A DNA stretch of 64,000 nt from Diplonema japonicum (taxonomy: Eukaryota > Protista > Euglenozoa: Diplonemea): NCBI GenBank assembly GCA_964019335.1, contig OZ025690.1:372001-436000 (forward strand), read 5' to 3'. How positions within the stretch are numbered: position 1 is the stretch's first letter; every line of letters starts with the position of its first letter. Shown in pieces: positions 21,795-32,796 of this stretch. Below the pieces are notes generated by a model. The model saw only the letters and a program-made list of their open reading frames with translations. It ran no database searches and had not been told where the DNA came from. The position numbers and the translations under genes are program-made.

Positions 21795-23409
21795 GGGAGC
21801 GGGCGCCAATGGGGGGAGGGGGACAATGGCAGATTAAAAAACGAAAAAAAGGCAAATTGCACCTCTTGTAGACCAGGTCGATGCTCACCTACAGCATCCT
21901 TGGACCAAAGGAACTCACGTCAGGGAGTTGGGAGTGCAATGGCTAAAGGGTGACCACGCCTCGCATAATCTTGCGTCTCGTGAGGGGTGAGTTGTCATCT
22001 ACCACCCCCAACATAAGGAAAAAAACTCTTGAGGGACGGTATTGTGGTCACTTTGGACTTGGGTCTACCCCAATGCGGGGCTGGTTGTAACAATTTTTTT
22101 TTTGATTTTTTTTTTTTTTAATGGTTCCCTCTAAAAAAAGAAGAAAGGAAAAAAAAAAATGGGAGGAGTGCACACTCCTAGCCTGTCCGCAGCGCAACCC
22201 CGTCCAGTGTTGCAAACGGTTCCATGTGCTGCCCTAGAAGACCCTTTCCCTCCTCTCCTCCCCCATTAAAGTACGTGTGCAGGGTGAAGAAGGAATAGGT
22301 GTGTGAAGGGGGAGAAAAAAAAATCTAACAAATAAAAAAGAAAAAAAAAAAAAAAAAAGCCGAGTGCAACGTTGCAGGTGCGGCTGAAGGATCGCAAGGG
22401 GAAAAAAAAAAAAAGAGAAAAAAAAAAGGGAAAAAATTGAATTGTAAAGGACCTGAGGTGCCAGTACAAGCTTATTCTCTCTCCAAACCCCTCCCCCGGC
22501 TTTTTTTTTTTTTTTTAAAGTATACCGCCCCCCCTAACACATCAGGAAGGAGTACATTTGGAGTACATTGACGACCATTTTCTTTTTTTTCTTGCAAGAT
22601 TTTAACAAAATTTTATTTTTGGATATTTTTTTTTTCTTTTTTTTTTTCCTGCCATAAAGGCCAGGTGTTGAAAGAGAGGAAGGAGGGAGAAGGATTGGAA
22701 AAAAAAAAAAAAAAAAAACAAAAAAAAGAAAAAAAAAAGAAAAAAAAAGCACCCCTGTTGGGAGCGAAGGTGCGACAGTTATTGCAACAAAGGACAACTG
22801 GTCTTTGAATACGAAAATGCAAAAGGGGGGGGGACTTCGTGTGCCGCTGCTTTCTTATCCCATTACATGACAGACTGCTCGCCAATTTCCTGTCGTTTCT
22901 CTCTTTTTTTTTTTTTTTTCCCATGATCCCAACCAAAAAAAAGGGAGGGACTGTTTCAGGTTTTTTTTTTTTAAAACTCCTTCACTCTCTTTTTGTTTTT
23001 TTCTTCTTATTATTGGTTGCTCCTACTTCTACCTATTTGTACAGCTGCTTAAGCCAGAAATAATAACAATAATAAAAAAAAAAAAAAAAGCTGCCCGTGG
23101 ATGGAAAACGAAAATATTATATTTTAAAAAAAAAAATCATAAAAAAATAAAGTAAAAAGAGTATTCATGCGAAGCCAAGAGGTTCTATCGCTGTTCTTTT
23201 TTTTTTTTTTTTTTTTTTTTTTGTTTTGTTTTGGTTTTTCTTTTTTTTTTTTCTTTTTGGTCCGTAAATGTTGAAGGGTCCCTTTTTTTGTTTGTTTTTC
23301 TTCTTCAATTCTTCTTTTTTTTTTTTTTTTTTCTTCCCCCTTTCTAAACTTTTTTTTTCCCCCTATGTTCGAAATATCGTAAATTACCGATGTCAGACCA
23401 GGGAAATCC

Positions 23410-23440
<31 letters not shown>

Positions 23441-24834
23441 AGAAAACGGGGGAAATAAAAAAAGAGAAATAAGAAGAAGATCGTTGTCCCTTTTCATTTA
23501 TGCAATAGGTGAAAAAAATGAGATTTTCTAAGAGAAGCGGGGGTGGGAAGAGACTGTATTTAGCTCCAGAGCAGGAGGGGTGTCATGTCAGGGTTTATGA
23601 AGTAAAACCCCCCCTCCCCCTTTCTGGGAAGTACTATGTCACACCAGACATAACTGGGAAGTAACTGACCGTTCATGCCTAGGGAGGTGTCCGTTTTTTT
23701 TCTTTTTTTTTTCCCCTCTTTTTTTTTTTCCAGCTCAATTAGAGCTGTAGAGTCTTGCAGATCAACTTATTTGTTTGTGCGCACGAGCGGTATTTTACCT
23801 AATAAAATAGCTCATTACGCTGCCATCAACTAGTTTTTAGTCTCGACAATAATATTGTTAAAACAAAAAAAATCTTCCAGGCAGGGGCTTCTTTTCAGAA
23901 TTCTTTTTTCTTTTTTTTTTTTTTTTTTTTTTTCTATTTTACTTTTTTTCATTTCCACCTTTGTCCCCTTCTCTGAAAGAGGGAAAAGAAGAAGAAAAGA
24001 AAAAAAGGGGCAAAACAAAAAAAATAATATGAGTGAGACAATAATAAAAAAAAAGAAAAAGAAAAAGAAAAAGAAGAGACAGGGAGGGAAAAAAAAAAAA
24101 AAAAGAACGTAAAAAAAGTGCTTTCCAGCGCTTTGGGTATACTATTTTCTTTTCCCTCTCTTTTACCACTCCCTTTTTGTTTCTCCCCCGTTTATTTCCT
24201 CCATTTGTCGTCAATCTTCATTTTTTTTTGAAAAGGGATCTTTTTTTTAAATACAAAAAGTATGCTGTCATCACCTTTTTGTTTCTCTTTTTTTTTTTTT
24301 TTTTTTTTTGCTCTTTTAGTTCAGAAAACTCCGTATTATACAGTATGTTGTCTAATTTTTTTTTTTCCCTTTCCAATCCTAGGCCACGGCTGCACCTCCG
24401 AATCGGTGTCTTAAAAAAAAAAAAGAAAAGAAATTAGAAAAAAGGGAGAAAGTGGGGGGGAAGGGAACTGGAGAACGGTAAAAAAAAAAAAACAAAAAAA
24501 CAAATATAAAAAAAAACCGCACCCTCAGAAGAGAGTGAGCGAAATCTTCTGTTTTTTTTTTTCCCACCCTTTTTTCACCACTTCCCTTCTCTGTACTCCC
24601 CCCTCTTTTTTTTTTTTTTTTTTCCCCTCAGTAACACAAGGGTACCATTAACTTCTTTAAAATCCAGGGGAAGGGGGGAGGGACTTCGCCACGAAAGCAA
24701 AAAAAAAAAAAAAAGAAAAATGAAACGGGGTGCAGAGTGGGGGGGGGGGGGGGGGGGGGGATAACACAAAAAATATAAGAACATAACTAAACATGATAAA
24801 AAAAATAAACTCCCCCCCCCCCCCCCCCCCCTCC

Positions 24835-25532
24835 CTAGTAGCCGTCGTACTCTGAAGCGACAGAAGAAAGACCATTCCTGTTTTGTGTGTGTATGTGTTA
24901 GTGCCCACCCGTCTTTTCCCGGCATACGAAGAAAGAAGAGAATCGATAGATTCCCCCCTGGAGTGGAAGTTTCCAGGCTTTGTGATGTACTTGACCAACT
25001 CGGACTCCTGGCTTTTCGGGGGCACCGCCTCTGCCTTGGCGGCTGCCGGGGCAGGGGCTGTCGTTGTCTTCTCCTCCACTTCTGCGTCTAGGTTGGGGAT
25101 TTCTTCAATAGTAACAGTACACGGGGAAAAGTGCTTCTCAAGTTTTGGGAGGTATGCTTGATGGTTTGGGGTACCTGAGCATTCGTACTGTAGAAGGAGG
25201 TGCTGTTTGTCAAATCTGTAGCTGCACCTCAGTACCCGGATGTTGGTGGCATTCTCAGGGAGGAGTTTGCACGCCTGCTTCCTTGCCTTTGACTCGTCCT
25301 CGATGAGCTGAGTCCTCCAGTACTCGCTTTCCTCCTTTGTCCCTTCCCTGTGGATAATCTTCGCCCCGTGGGTAGCTCCCTCCCCGCACCCGATCACCAT
25401 CCCCATGTCTATCCCGCTGTCGGCCTCTACTAGAACGTGCGTCCCGTTGTTGAACGCCGCCTTGCTGCCGTACTCCCCAAGCCTCCCCCACTTGAACTGA
25501 ACATCGACCGTGTAGCTGCTGTTTTGCGGCAT
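24835..25532 (-). CDS. PSP1 C-terminal domain protein (kinetoplastid CSBP-like family); one intron at 24878-24927
   Basis: VQFKWGR, VLVEADSGIDMGMV, YRFDKQHLLLQY. Intron GTATG...CACTAAC...CAG gives the end ...SNGLSSVASEYDGY*. Confidence 0.8.
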
Positions 25533-25750
25533 CTTTTTTTTTTCTTCTTTTTTTTTTCTCTCTTCCTGTTTTTTTTTTCCCGGGGGGTTGGCATAAAGAG
25601 AAATTAAAAAAAAAAAAACAGTCTAATAAAGGAAGGGGAATAATCTAGAATGAAAAAGTAAAATAAAGGGGAGGGGAGGGGAGGGGGTGGGTTACACAGC
25701 AGAACTTTACATACACCCCCTCCCCCCTTCGCCTTTAAAAAAAAAAAGAT

Positions 25751-27079
25751 CTAAACGGAAACGGCGATTCTACGTCTTTTCGCGCTCCCTTGTGTCGGGG
25801 TGGCCACCACCAGGGGAGTTGGTTTGATCCCTTTACTGCGGATAGGGAAATAGTGCACGGGGATTCCCCAATTGACAGCAGCTGTTAGTTTTTTACTGCT
25901 CTCCGTCGCGCTCACCAGTGTCAGGGGGTAAAGATGGTATTTCGGCAGATCAGGGAGCACGGTGTAGCCCATGCACAGGTGGAGGAACATCACCGCACCA
26001 AGATGACAATCCGTATAACCGGTAAGACAAACCGCACGACCTAAAGATGGCGCAGGCATCGTGTGAAGCGTAACAGTTTCTCCACAATACCTCGCACCAC
26101 CATGCCTGGACACATTGAGCTCTCCGTTCACTGCAAGCACAGTGTCCGTGTTTCCCGGAATGGACCCGTCGGGGTGCACCTTCACAATTTTTTTTCCAAT
26201 AACGACGTCAACAGGCGACCACAGCTCTGACTCCACAGGGGGCACCATGAAGCCTTCGTCGATACACCTTGCAAGCCACCATTCGTTCCCCTTGGGAACC
26301 CCAACCACACTGTCTAACAAGGAACACACGCTATTAGACAGAACATACCCTGTCCGCCTTCCTCTGTTTTTAAAAGAACGCAATGAACGGGCTACGGTGC
26401 CGCCGTTAGCAGTGAATGTTTGTATGCTACTGAAACCAAGAGCGGTGATGGGGGGTTCTAACAAGAGAAGAGTCGCGCACCTGAAATCATCAGATGGGAA
26501 GAGCTTGTGGGGTGTAGTCGGTGGTGCTGCCACAACAGTCTGAGAGTCCGGTATAAACGGCTGCGGGACCTTGTACCTCTCGAAGAATGGAACGGATGAG
26601 GTAGCAACAGCGTCGAAAAGCCAGTGGGGCGTGACAGGACGCGTGCTCGAGGACGCCCTGTTAATAGATAACATTTTGAACTTCCGTGTACTGTTGTCGG
26701 CCACAATAAGAACATCCGTAGTTTCGAGGTTCAACGAGGGGTTGTACTTGCCGCCGTGATGCCTTATCAGAAACATGATCTTTGCAAGGGGCTCCTTTGG
26801 GAAGCCTGTTGTGCTGATTTCGAGGCCTGCTAGAAATTGTTTAATGTGTGCCCAGCCCCACGGGCTTACGATTTTACGTGAAGTGACACACGCGGTTATC
26901 CATCCTGGTCGTGCCACGGGTGTTTTCCTACACCCTGTTACAGAGACGGGTTTTTCTGAGACGACCACTTTAGCTGTTTCGGGTGTCGGTGCTATTTTCC
27001 CTCCGTTTTGCTGGAATATCTGTTGGCTGTCTTCGCTTATCTCGTCTGTATAAAAATATACAGGGATGTTGGAGAACAT
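25751..27079 (-). CDS. Multi-BRCT domain protein (TopBP1-like)
   Basis: Repeated BRCT motifs: NGGKI...PGWITAC, ISTTGF...HGGKY...PHWLFDA, NGGTV...WLARCI, VCLTGY...SKKLTAAVNWGIPV. Confidence 0.8.
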   Translation of the reverse strand: MFSNIPVYFYTDEISEDSQQIFQQNGGKIAPTPETAKVVVSEKPVSVTGCRKTPVARPGWITACVTSRKIVSPWGWAHIKQFLAGLEISTTGFPKEPLAKIMFLIRHHGGKYNPSLNLETTDVLIVADNSTRKFKMLSINRASSSTRPVTPHWLFDAVATSSVPFFERYKVPQPFIPDSQTVVAAPPTTPHKLFPSDDFRCATLLLLEPPITALGFSSIQTFTANGGTVARSLRSFKNRGRRTGYVLSNSVCSLLDSVVGVPKGNEWWLARCIDEGFMVPPVESELWSPVDVVIGKKIVKVHPDGSIPGNTDTVLAVNGELNVSRHGGARYCGETVTLHTMPAPSLGRAVCLTGYTDCHLGAVMFLHLCMGYTVLPDLPKYHLYPLTLVSATESSKKLTAAVNWGIPVHYFPIRSKGIKPTPLVVATPTQGSAKRRRIAVSV

Positions 27080-27397
27080 TTTTTTTTTTTAATACTCCTC
27101 CCCCCTCCTCCTTTTTTTGTAATGGTTTTTTTTTGGGGGAGAGGTAAAGGGGGAGGGGGTAGGTGAATTCAAACAATCACACACTTTCACATTATTTTTT
27201 TCCCCCTTCCCCCCCCCCCCCCCCCCCCTCATTTCGCTTTTTTTTGACAAAATAAAAGATATCAGATCTTTGTTGGTTCCCCCCTTTTTTTGTGTGTGTG
27301 TTTTTTTAAAAAAAGCATCGTCTCTCCTAAACAAAAGAGGGGGGAAAAAAAAAAAACAGGGAGACGCTTCTGGAAAAAAAAACCCCTCACTCCTTCC

Positions 27398-29083
27398 TTA
27401 ACGCCGGCGGAACCCAGGGCTCGCTTTAACAATAGGAGGAGGTGTGTAAAGCGGGGTCGCTGTTTGATTGCGCAAAGTGATGGCCTTGCATCGACCGGAC
27501 TCCCGGCATCTTTTGGCGTCGGCTTCGAGGTTTTGACAGGCGAAATATCTGTTTTTTTTTTTTTTTTCTTCATCCAATGCATACCCCCACTCCACCGGAC
27601 CTTGCCTAGTGGTTGCCTGGTTGATGTTTGACACGAAAGCGCCAAACGTCCCCTCTCCCACACGCATTCTTTTCTTCGCCTTCGTGCAAATTGCAGCCTC
27701 GGCCAAGGCACACGCCCTCGGGTTCCCTGACAAAATCCTGCCAACCGTTGTATCCTGCGTCTTGTCGTTACTGTGGTCAGGTGAGCCGCAATACGAAGCG
27801 TGGGATGGGAGGTGCGCGGAGATCGCTTTTTGAGCCCAAACAGTCCATTGCTTGTAGGAGGTAGCAGAGGACATCCCGTCGAAGTGGGTGGTGGCCGTCC
27901 CGAACTCGTCCTGCATGTCGTGCATGAGAAACATGTTCCCCTTGGATTCCCTTGCCACCATTGTGGATAGTTCTAAAATAGACGTTAGACAGGATTCAAG
28001 CTTCTGGTTCGTAGGCGACCCGTCCGGCAGGTTCTTCCAAGGAAGCGTTCGCTGCGTCAGTAAGATCCTCCTGACGAGCTTTTCAAACCTAATGTGCACG
28101 CACCCGTAATCCCCTCCTGAAAAATGCTTGTCGGAAAAATGCCGACCCAAATCGAGCCATTTCTGGTTGACCCTGGGCATGGGTGTGTACCCGTCGCAAA
28201 TTCCCATCCAACCTTTGACCAGAAAATTGCGTTGTGGTTGTGTAATCATGACGGAGGTGTGTCCTGAGGTTGCGGATTTAAACTGTTCTTTTGTGGAGTT
28301 TGAGTAGATACAGCTGATTTGCTTCACGGTGACCTGTCCGGAAAGGGTATCGACAATCTTCCCTTCCATCCCACCACCGACGTACTCCCCTTTACGAACG
28401 GGCCGTGCCATGTATTCTGTGAACCATTTCTGTAAAGTGCATCTTGTGCCGGGAGCAATGATGAAGAGCATTAAGTCGACCGTTGATTTTGTTTTTTCCG
28501 CCCAGTCGTTTGCCTCCATGCGGGGTAGGCACGACCATCCACGGAGGAGGTAATCCATATCTATCATATCCTGCAAGGGGTAGTATTTTTCCCTTCCTGG
28601 AATATCTTCGTGGGTGTACCTAAACCCTGGTTCGTCGAATCGCGCGCTGGGGATTACAGCGGTTCTGTCTGACACTACTGCTGTTTTCAAAAACCTCATT
28701 AATCCTTGTTGAAGAGCGGATGCGAATTGCTGTGGAACAACTGCTATTAACAGGTACGTCCCTTTATCTCGAGCGATAGATTTTGTTTTCAAGGTGGGGA
28801 CGTCGGGATCGGTTTTTATTTCCTCGTCGTTGTCTGGTTCTGTGGGTTGTGGTTGAGGTTGTGGCTGTGAGGGCGGAGGAGGGGGGCTGGTTGAAACGGT
28901 GGAACGTGGCGTCCGTTCGATATTGATCGGGTCTTTCGGTGTTATTTCGTTGTCGAAATCCTTCAATTCCGGGAGATCGCACCCGCCCATTCTGCTATAT
29001 TTTACCACGACCATCAGCAACAATAACACCGCAATCCCGCACCAAAATCGTATGTTGCTCTCCCCCGTTGCCCTTGACGGCAT
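27398..29083 (-). CDS. Type II membrane glycosyltransferase, O-fucosyltransferase-like
   Basis: N-terminal TM helix, Pro-rich stem, RTAVIP, YGCVHIRFEK and EAAICTKAK...GTF motifs typical of GT-B fucosyltransferases. Confidence 0.65.
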   Translation of the reverse strand: MPSRATGESNIRFWCGIAVLLLLMVVVKYSRMGGCDLPELKDFDNEITPKDPINIERTPRSTVSTSPPPPPSQPQPQPQPTEPDNDEEIKTDPDVPTLKTKSIARDKGTYLLIAVVPQQFASALQQGLMRFLKTAVVSDRTAVIPSARFDEPGFRYTHEDIPGREKYYPLQDMIDMDYLLRGWSCLPRMEANDWAEKTKSTVDLMLFIIAPGTRCTLQKWFTEYMARPVRKGEYVGGGMEGKIVDTLSGQVTVKQISCIYSNSTKEQFKSATSGHTSVMITQPQRNFLVKGWMGICDGYTPMPRVNQKWLDLGRHFSDKHFSGGDYGCVHIRFEKLVRRILLTQRTLPWKNLPDGSPTNQKLESCLTSILELSTMVARESKGNMFLMHDMQDEFGTATTHFDGMSSATSYKQWTVWAQKAISAHLPSHASYCGSPDHSNDKTQDTTVGRILSGNPRACALAEAAICTKAKKRMRVGEGTFGAFVSNINQATTRQGPVEWGYALDEEKKKKNRYFACQNLEADAKRCRESGRCKAITLRNQTATPLYTPPPIVKASPGFRRR

Positions 29084-29116
29084 TTTTTTTTTTTTGCTTT
29101 GTTTTGTTTTTTGTTT

Positions 29117-29155
<39 letters not shown>

Positions 29156-29710
29156 TTCCCCCTTCTACTTTCCCACGTTTTTTTCTTCTTTTTTTCGCCT
29201 CATTTCCCTTTTAACCATTAACGGACCGAAAAAAAAAAAAAAAAAAAAAAAAAGAAACGAAAAAAAAAAAAAAAAAAAAAAAAAAGAAAATCACTCTGAC
29301 ATGGTAACGAAGAGGGTTTGAGCAATAAAAACCGTTCGCGGCGAACCACTATGTGATACCCTCCTTTTTTTTTTTTTTTTTCTCTTTTTTTTCACGTAAA
29401 AAAAATATAATAATTTGCTTATCAAAATTATTCCCCCCCCCTGAAAAATCTTTTCGGTCAAAAAAAAAAAAAAAAAAGAATCCCCCTCCCCTCGGTCCGT
29501 TAATGGTTAAAATTGATACGAAAATGATGGAAGAATGGGGGAAAAAAAAAGAAGTATAAAAAAAAGCAGAATATTAGGTTCTCCCCTATATTTTCTTTTT
29601 CTTACTTTTTTTTTTTTTTTTTTTGCCCCAATTCTTGATATCTGACAGTTCTTTTTCTTTTTTCCTAACGAGAGAAAAAAAGGAAAAAAAAACAGAAAAA
29701 CAACGACGCT

Positions 29711-29994
29711 CTACGCGTCGGCAACAGTCAGCTCAACGTCCACACCAGGCTCGATGTTGATGGCGGTCAGCTTCTTGACGAGCTGCAAAGGGGTGGTAAA
29801 GTGAGGGGTTTTTTAATTTTCTTAAACATACCTCGCTGGGTGCGAACAGGTCAATCACACGCTTGTGGACCCTCATCTCGAAACGGTCGAAGGTAATGGT
29901 ACCCTCACCGCAGGGCGACTTCATGGTGGTGATACGGAGAGTCTTGGTGGGCATACGCATGGGCCCCTGTTTTTTGTTGGTTGTTGGAGGGAAA

Positions 29995-30029
<35 letters not shown>

Positions 30030-30188
30030 GTGTACCTTCACCCTAACCTTCTGCTCCTTGGCACGGTTCACGAGCTCCTTGCACGCCTTCTCAAGGGCCT
30101 GCACCTTCCTGGAGGAGAGGGTGATACGGATCTTCTGGGAGGTACCGGTGGCCTCCTGGGTGGGCTTCTTGACAGGGTAGGAAGACAT
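29711..30188 (-). CDS. RPS20: 40S ribosomal protein S20 (uS10), copy 1; two introns
   Basis: KIRITLSS...[20 protein letters not shown]...[12 protein letters not shown]...[14 protein letters not shown] after removing GT-AG introns. Confidence 0.95.
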
Positions 30189-30318
30189 GTTGTTGTTGAT
30201 GCAAGGGCTGCAAAGGGGAAAGAAGATAGACAATAGTGGACAACTCGACGCACCTTCACAAAATAAAAAAATAAAAAAAACAAAAATAAAAAAAAAAACT
30301 ATGAACTTGCAACTATGT

Positions 30319-30589
30319 CTACGCGTCGGCAACAGTCAGCTCAACGTCCACACCAGGCTCGATGTTGATGGCGGTCAGCTTCTTGACGAGCTGCAAAGGG
30401 GTGGTAAGTGAGGGGTTTTTTAATCTTCTTGAACATACCTCGCTGGGTGCGAACAGGTCAATCACACGCTTGTGGACCCTCATCTCGAAACGGTCGAAGG
30501 TAATGGTACCCTCACCGCAGGGCGACTTCATGGTGGTGATACGGAGGGTCTTGGTGGGCATACGCATGGGCCCCTGTTTTTTTTGTCGG

Positions 30590-30629
<40 letters not shown>

Positions 30630-30787
30630 TATACCTTCACCCTGACCTTCTGCTCCTTGGCACGGTTCACGAGCTCCTTGCACGCCTTCTCAAGGGCCTG
30701 CACCTTCCTGGAGGAGAGGGTGATACGGATCTTCTGGGAGGTACCGGTGGCCTCCTGGGTGGGCTTCTTGACAGGGTAGGAAGACAT
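30319..30787 (-). CDS. RPS20: 40S ribosomal protein S20 (uS10), copy 2; two introns
   Basis: Exons near-identical to copy 1; same intron positions. Confidence 0.95.
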
Positions 30788-31173
30788 TTTGCTGTTGAAG
30801 ATCAAAAATCTATTTTTTAGCTTTTTTTTTTAATTTGTGTCATCGACTACCAGACATAAAAAAAAAAGATTTCTTTTTTTTTTAAAAAAGAAAAAAAAGG
30901 TAGATTGGTTCAGGAGGGTGGGAGGAGGCGAAAAAAAAAAATTGTAAACAAGATTTCTTTTTCCCCTCCTCCCCTGTGGTTCTTCTTCGCTAAAGTAAAA
31001 AAAAAAGGGGGGGTTGGGGCAAAGGAAAACACTTTTTTTCCCCCTGCACGCCGAGAATATCTCGGCTAGAAGTAAGTAGCCTGGAAAAAAGGGGGAAAAA
31101 AATGCCTTCGGGGGGTTCAAGTAAGAAGCAATTTTTGAAGAGCTGAACCGTTTTCTTTCTGTTTTAAACTGTT

Positions 31174-31431
31174 CTATGCGTCGGCAACAGTCAGCTCAAC
31201 GTCCACACCAGGCTCGATGTTGATGGCGGTCAACTTCTTGACGAGCTGCAAAGGGTATTTTTTTCTTTTTCTTTTCCCCCTCCAGTTATCATACCTCGCT
31301 GGGTGCGAACAGGTCAATCACACGCTTGTGGACCCTCATTTCGAAACGGTCGAAGGTAATGGTACCCTCACCGCAGGGCGACTTCATGGTGGTGATACGG
31401 AGGGTCTTGGTGGGCATACGCATGGGCCCCT

Positions 31432-31470
<39 letters not shown>

Positions 31471-31625
31471 ACCTTGACCCTAACCTTCTGCTCCTTGGCA
31501 CGACCAACAAGGTCCTTGCATGCTTTCTCAAGGGCCTGTACCTTCCTGGAGGAGAGGGTGATACGGATCTTCTGGGAGGTACCGGTGGCCTCCTGGGTGG
31601 GCTTCTTGACGGGGTAGGAAGACAT
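31174..31625 (-). CDS. RPS20: 40S ribosomal protein S20 (uS10), copy 3; two introns
   Basis: Same exon structure with a few substitutions (DLVG versus ELVN). Confidence 0.95.
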
Positions 31626-31852
31626 GTTTGATTCTTTTGCGAAGATGAGTGTTTTTGTTTTTTCAAAGGTGTTTTTGTTTAAGAAACAAGTATTGATGAG
31701 ATGTTAAATTTTGAAAAAATAAACAGTGGTGAACCTACCTGTGGGGGGGGGAAATAATGCAGGGAAGAAAAAGAAAAAAGAGCAAATAATAATAATAAAA
31801 CTAAAAAAAAAAGTGCTTGAAAAAAAATAAGTAAGAATCACCTTACTACAAC

Positions 31853-31864
31853 CCCCCCCCCCCC

Positions 31865-31921
<57 letters not shown>
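31853..31921. repeat. Poly-C run followed by a (CT)n microsatellite
   Basis: Seen directly. Confidence 0.95.
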
Positions 31922-31924
<3 letters not shown>

Positions 31925-32123
31925 CCTCCCAAACTTCCTGCCGCTTCTTCTCGATTGCTTTTTCCCGCTTCACCACTCTCTCTGCTGGCGATAGCTTTTT
32001 GTTCTGATAATACTGATAGCCAACAATAGGAACCACACCGAAGGCAAAGCCAAAGACGAACACACGCATATTCATTTCAAACATCTCCCGCGCAGCGACT
32101 TTAAGTCGGTGTGCTGAATTCAT
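31920..32123 (-). CDS. Small single-pass membrane protein (67 aa)
   Basis: ATG-initiated ORF with hydrophobic helix VFVFGFAFGVVPIVGY and a charged tail. Confidence 0.65.
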
Positions 32124-32140
32124 GGTTTTTCCACCCTTTC

Positions 32141-32185
<45 letters not shown>

Positions 32186-32448
32186 CGATGAAGGCCACCT
32201 CCAGGTTCAGAAAAAAAAAAAAAAAAAAAAACACAATGTTGAGTACGTGGGTGGGGGACAGAAGGATGAGACAAGGGGGGGGTAAGATGACAAGCGATAG
32301 TTGGAAAGAGAAAAAAAAAATAACAAAAAAAAAAAAAAGAAACAAATAAAAAAGAGAGACGGCTGAAGGGGGTGGGAGGAGGGAGGGGGAGCGAGAAGAA
32401 AAAGAAAAAGAAAAAAAAAACAAACAAACTTGAACATATAACCTCGTT

Positions 32449-32485
<37 letters not shown>

Positions 32486-32796
32486 CTCTCTCTTTTTTTT
32501 TTTTTATACTCCCTTCTTTTTTTTTCTTCTTTCTTATGTACAACAATAAAAAAAAGGGGGGAAAAAAAAACTGCAATACACTCCAGAATAAAAGAAAAAC
32601 AACAAATTCCTATTTTCTTTTTTTTTTTCTCTTTCCCCGTTGTATGTACAAGATCCCCCCCCTTTTTTTCTCCCATTTCACAAAAAAAAAGAGAAAAAAA
32701 AAGAAAGAAAAGAAAATAAAAGACTGCCCCAACTAAAGATCTATTAATTATACTCTCTCTCTCTCTCTTTTTTTTTTTCTTTTCCATCTCTCATTT

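Noticed and set aside
20300-24600. Many poly-Lys/poly-Phe ORFs here and at 56000-64000
   Set aside because: They are translations of A/T homopolymer runs with no coding signal.
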